A stretch of DNA of 64,000 nucleotides from Eledone cirrhosa (Eukaryota), in contig OZ024756.1 of the NCBI GenBank assembly GCA_964016885.1, forward strand, positions 11,222,001-11,286,000. Reading direction: 5' to 3'. Positions 62,686 through 64,000 of the stretch are shown here, piece by piece. The number at the start of each line of letters is the position of its first letter. Position 1 is the first letter of the stretch. The notes beneath the pieces are model-generated. The model did no database searches. It was not told the origin of the DNA and saw only the letters and a list, made by a program, of their open reading frames with translations. The position numbers and the translations under genes were made by a program.

Positions 62686-62902
62686 ACACTGTAAAATGGT
62701 TGTACAGGTGTCACAACAAAAAACACCCACTACCCACTGTAAATGCGGTTGACATTAGGAAGGGCATCCAGTCATAGAAACTTAGCCAGAAACAGTTGAG
62801 TGTGAGCAAGACATGGTCACCACATCTGACTTGTGTCACAAACGAACAACTCATCTAACCCATGCTAGTGTGGAATAATGGACATTAAATCATGATGATG
62901 AT
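62686..62902 (+). mobile_element. RTE-type 3' tail
   Basis: Same tail motifs and (GAT)n. Confidence 0.72.
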
Positions 62903-63228
62903 ATATATAAGAGAGATTAGAGGTATCCATTTTGTGTAGTGGATGTGCGTAACAAACAGAAAGATGCAACTTACCAGTTAGACATTTCTTTGAACTTCAA
63001 TAAATATTGCCTAGTTTTTCCTGATAGCCTGTTTATATTGTATATATATCGATGGAGAATTGACAAGATGCCAGACCTCATTTGCTTAACGAGTGAGGTG
63101 GAGCTCATCAAATCGGAACAAGGAAACAGTGTTTCCATTGGTCTTTCCAATTGCTAATACTATCTATCGGTCGCAACTCCAGGCAGAAGGAACAACGTGA
63201 AATAAAGTGTCTTGCTCAAAGAAATAAC

Positions 63229-63414
63229 TGTTTCTACTTTAGGCACAAGGCCAGCAATTACCCAGTGTATTACTGGTACTTTATTTTATCGACCCCGTAA
63301 GGATGAAAGGCAAAGTCAACCTCGGCGGGATTTGAACTCAGATCGTAAAGGGACGTAACTATGCTGGAAAGCATGGTGTCTGACCCTCTACCGATACTGC
63401 CAATCCACCGCCCT
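63229..63414 (-). mobile_element. SINE family B with 14-bp TSD, nested in an old family-A-like SINE (about 63190-63510)
   Basis: CTCAAAGAAATAAC occurs at 63215-63228 and 63416-63429. Confidence 0.9.
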
Positions 63415-63950
63415 ACTCAAAGAAATAACACAGCCTGGTCTGAGAATCAAAATCACAACCACACAATTATGAATCCAATTCTCTAACTAAAGAACCACGC
63501 GCCTTCACTACATATATATATTTTTTTTTTTTTTTTTTTTTTTACTGTTTTGTTACTGTTTTTTCTTTTCTTCCTTTTGCTTTCCTTCCCTGCTTCCTCT
63601 GTTTTCCCAATAACTTATCCCGTTATTGACGCCCTGGACCAAGATATATTGTCTTTAAAGCATAGAAATATCCGAGACCCCCAGTAGACAACTGATGAGG
63701 AACTCCCTCCCCCGTTCTTGCTTTCTTCGTATTCCCACTGCATTTTAAGTTACCTTAAATAGCAACTACACAGCCATTTCTATTCTTTATATATATATAT
63801 ATATATACACCCCCCCCCCCACTCTCAAAAGTGTGAACCTAATAAACTATTATTTGTACTGCCTCTCTGTTTTTGTTCCCGCCCAAGTTTTAACTATATC
63901 TATATATATATATATAATAGAAGTAGTAACACAACAGTTAGTTCACCATA

Positions 63951-63991
63951 CCAAGAACAATTGTTTCACCTTATGTGGATCTTCAGCTAAG
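63951..63991 (-). ncRNA. Candidate degenerate minimal hammerhead ribozyme
   Basis: CTTAG-CTGAAGA-TCC ACATAA GGT-GAAA-CAATTG-TT-CTTGG. Stem III is palindromic; stems I and II are weak. Confidence 0.5.
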
Positions 63992-64000
63992 ACTCATATA

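Noticed and set aside
63690-63725. CTGATGAG followed by a small hairpin
   Set aside because: No GAAA or cleavage triplet follows.

Overview
This is eukaryotic, extremely repeat-dense DNA. The SINE/RTE families and giant (AT)n tracts suggest an octopus or other cephalopod, which is an inference only. No host protein-coding gene is convincingly supported. The window holds RTE LINE remnants and tails, two tRNA-derived SINE families, a near-intact L1/Tx1-clade LINE flanked by two sibling 3' ends at (GATA)n, a non-autonomous Helitron, a mariner fossil, a hAT-like MITE, a CR1-group fragment, micro/minisatellites and a 200-N gap. The most striking signal is a Penelope/hammerhead-ribozyme landscape inside (TA)n tracts. 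A Neptune-like Penelope element (RT+GIY-YIG) forms a 6.35-kb tail-out inverted repeat with 2661-bp arms, each carrying a minimal hammerhead ribozyme (HHR). A 310-nt tandem HHR repeat (candidate retrozyme/circular RNA) has an inverted copy. At least five other small HHR-bearing elements of different sequence show the same tail-out fold-back geometry. Ribozyme folds were assigned by eye and are untested.
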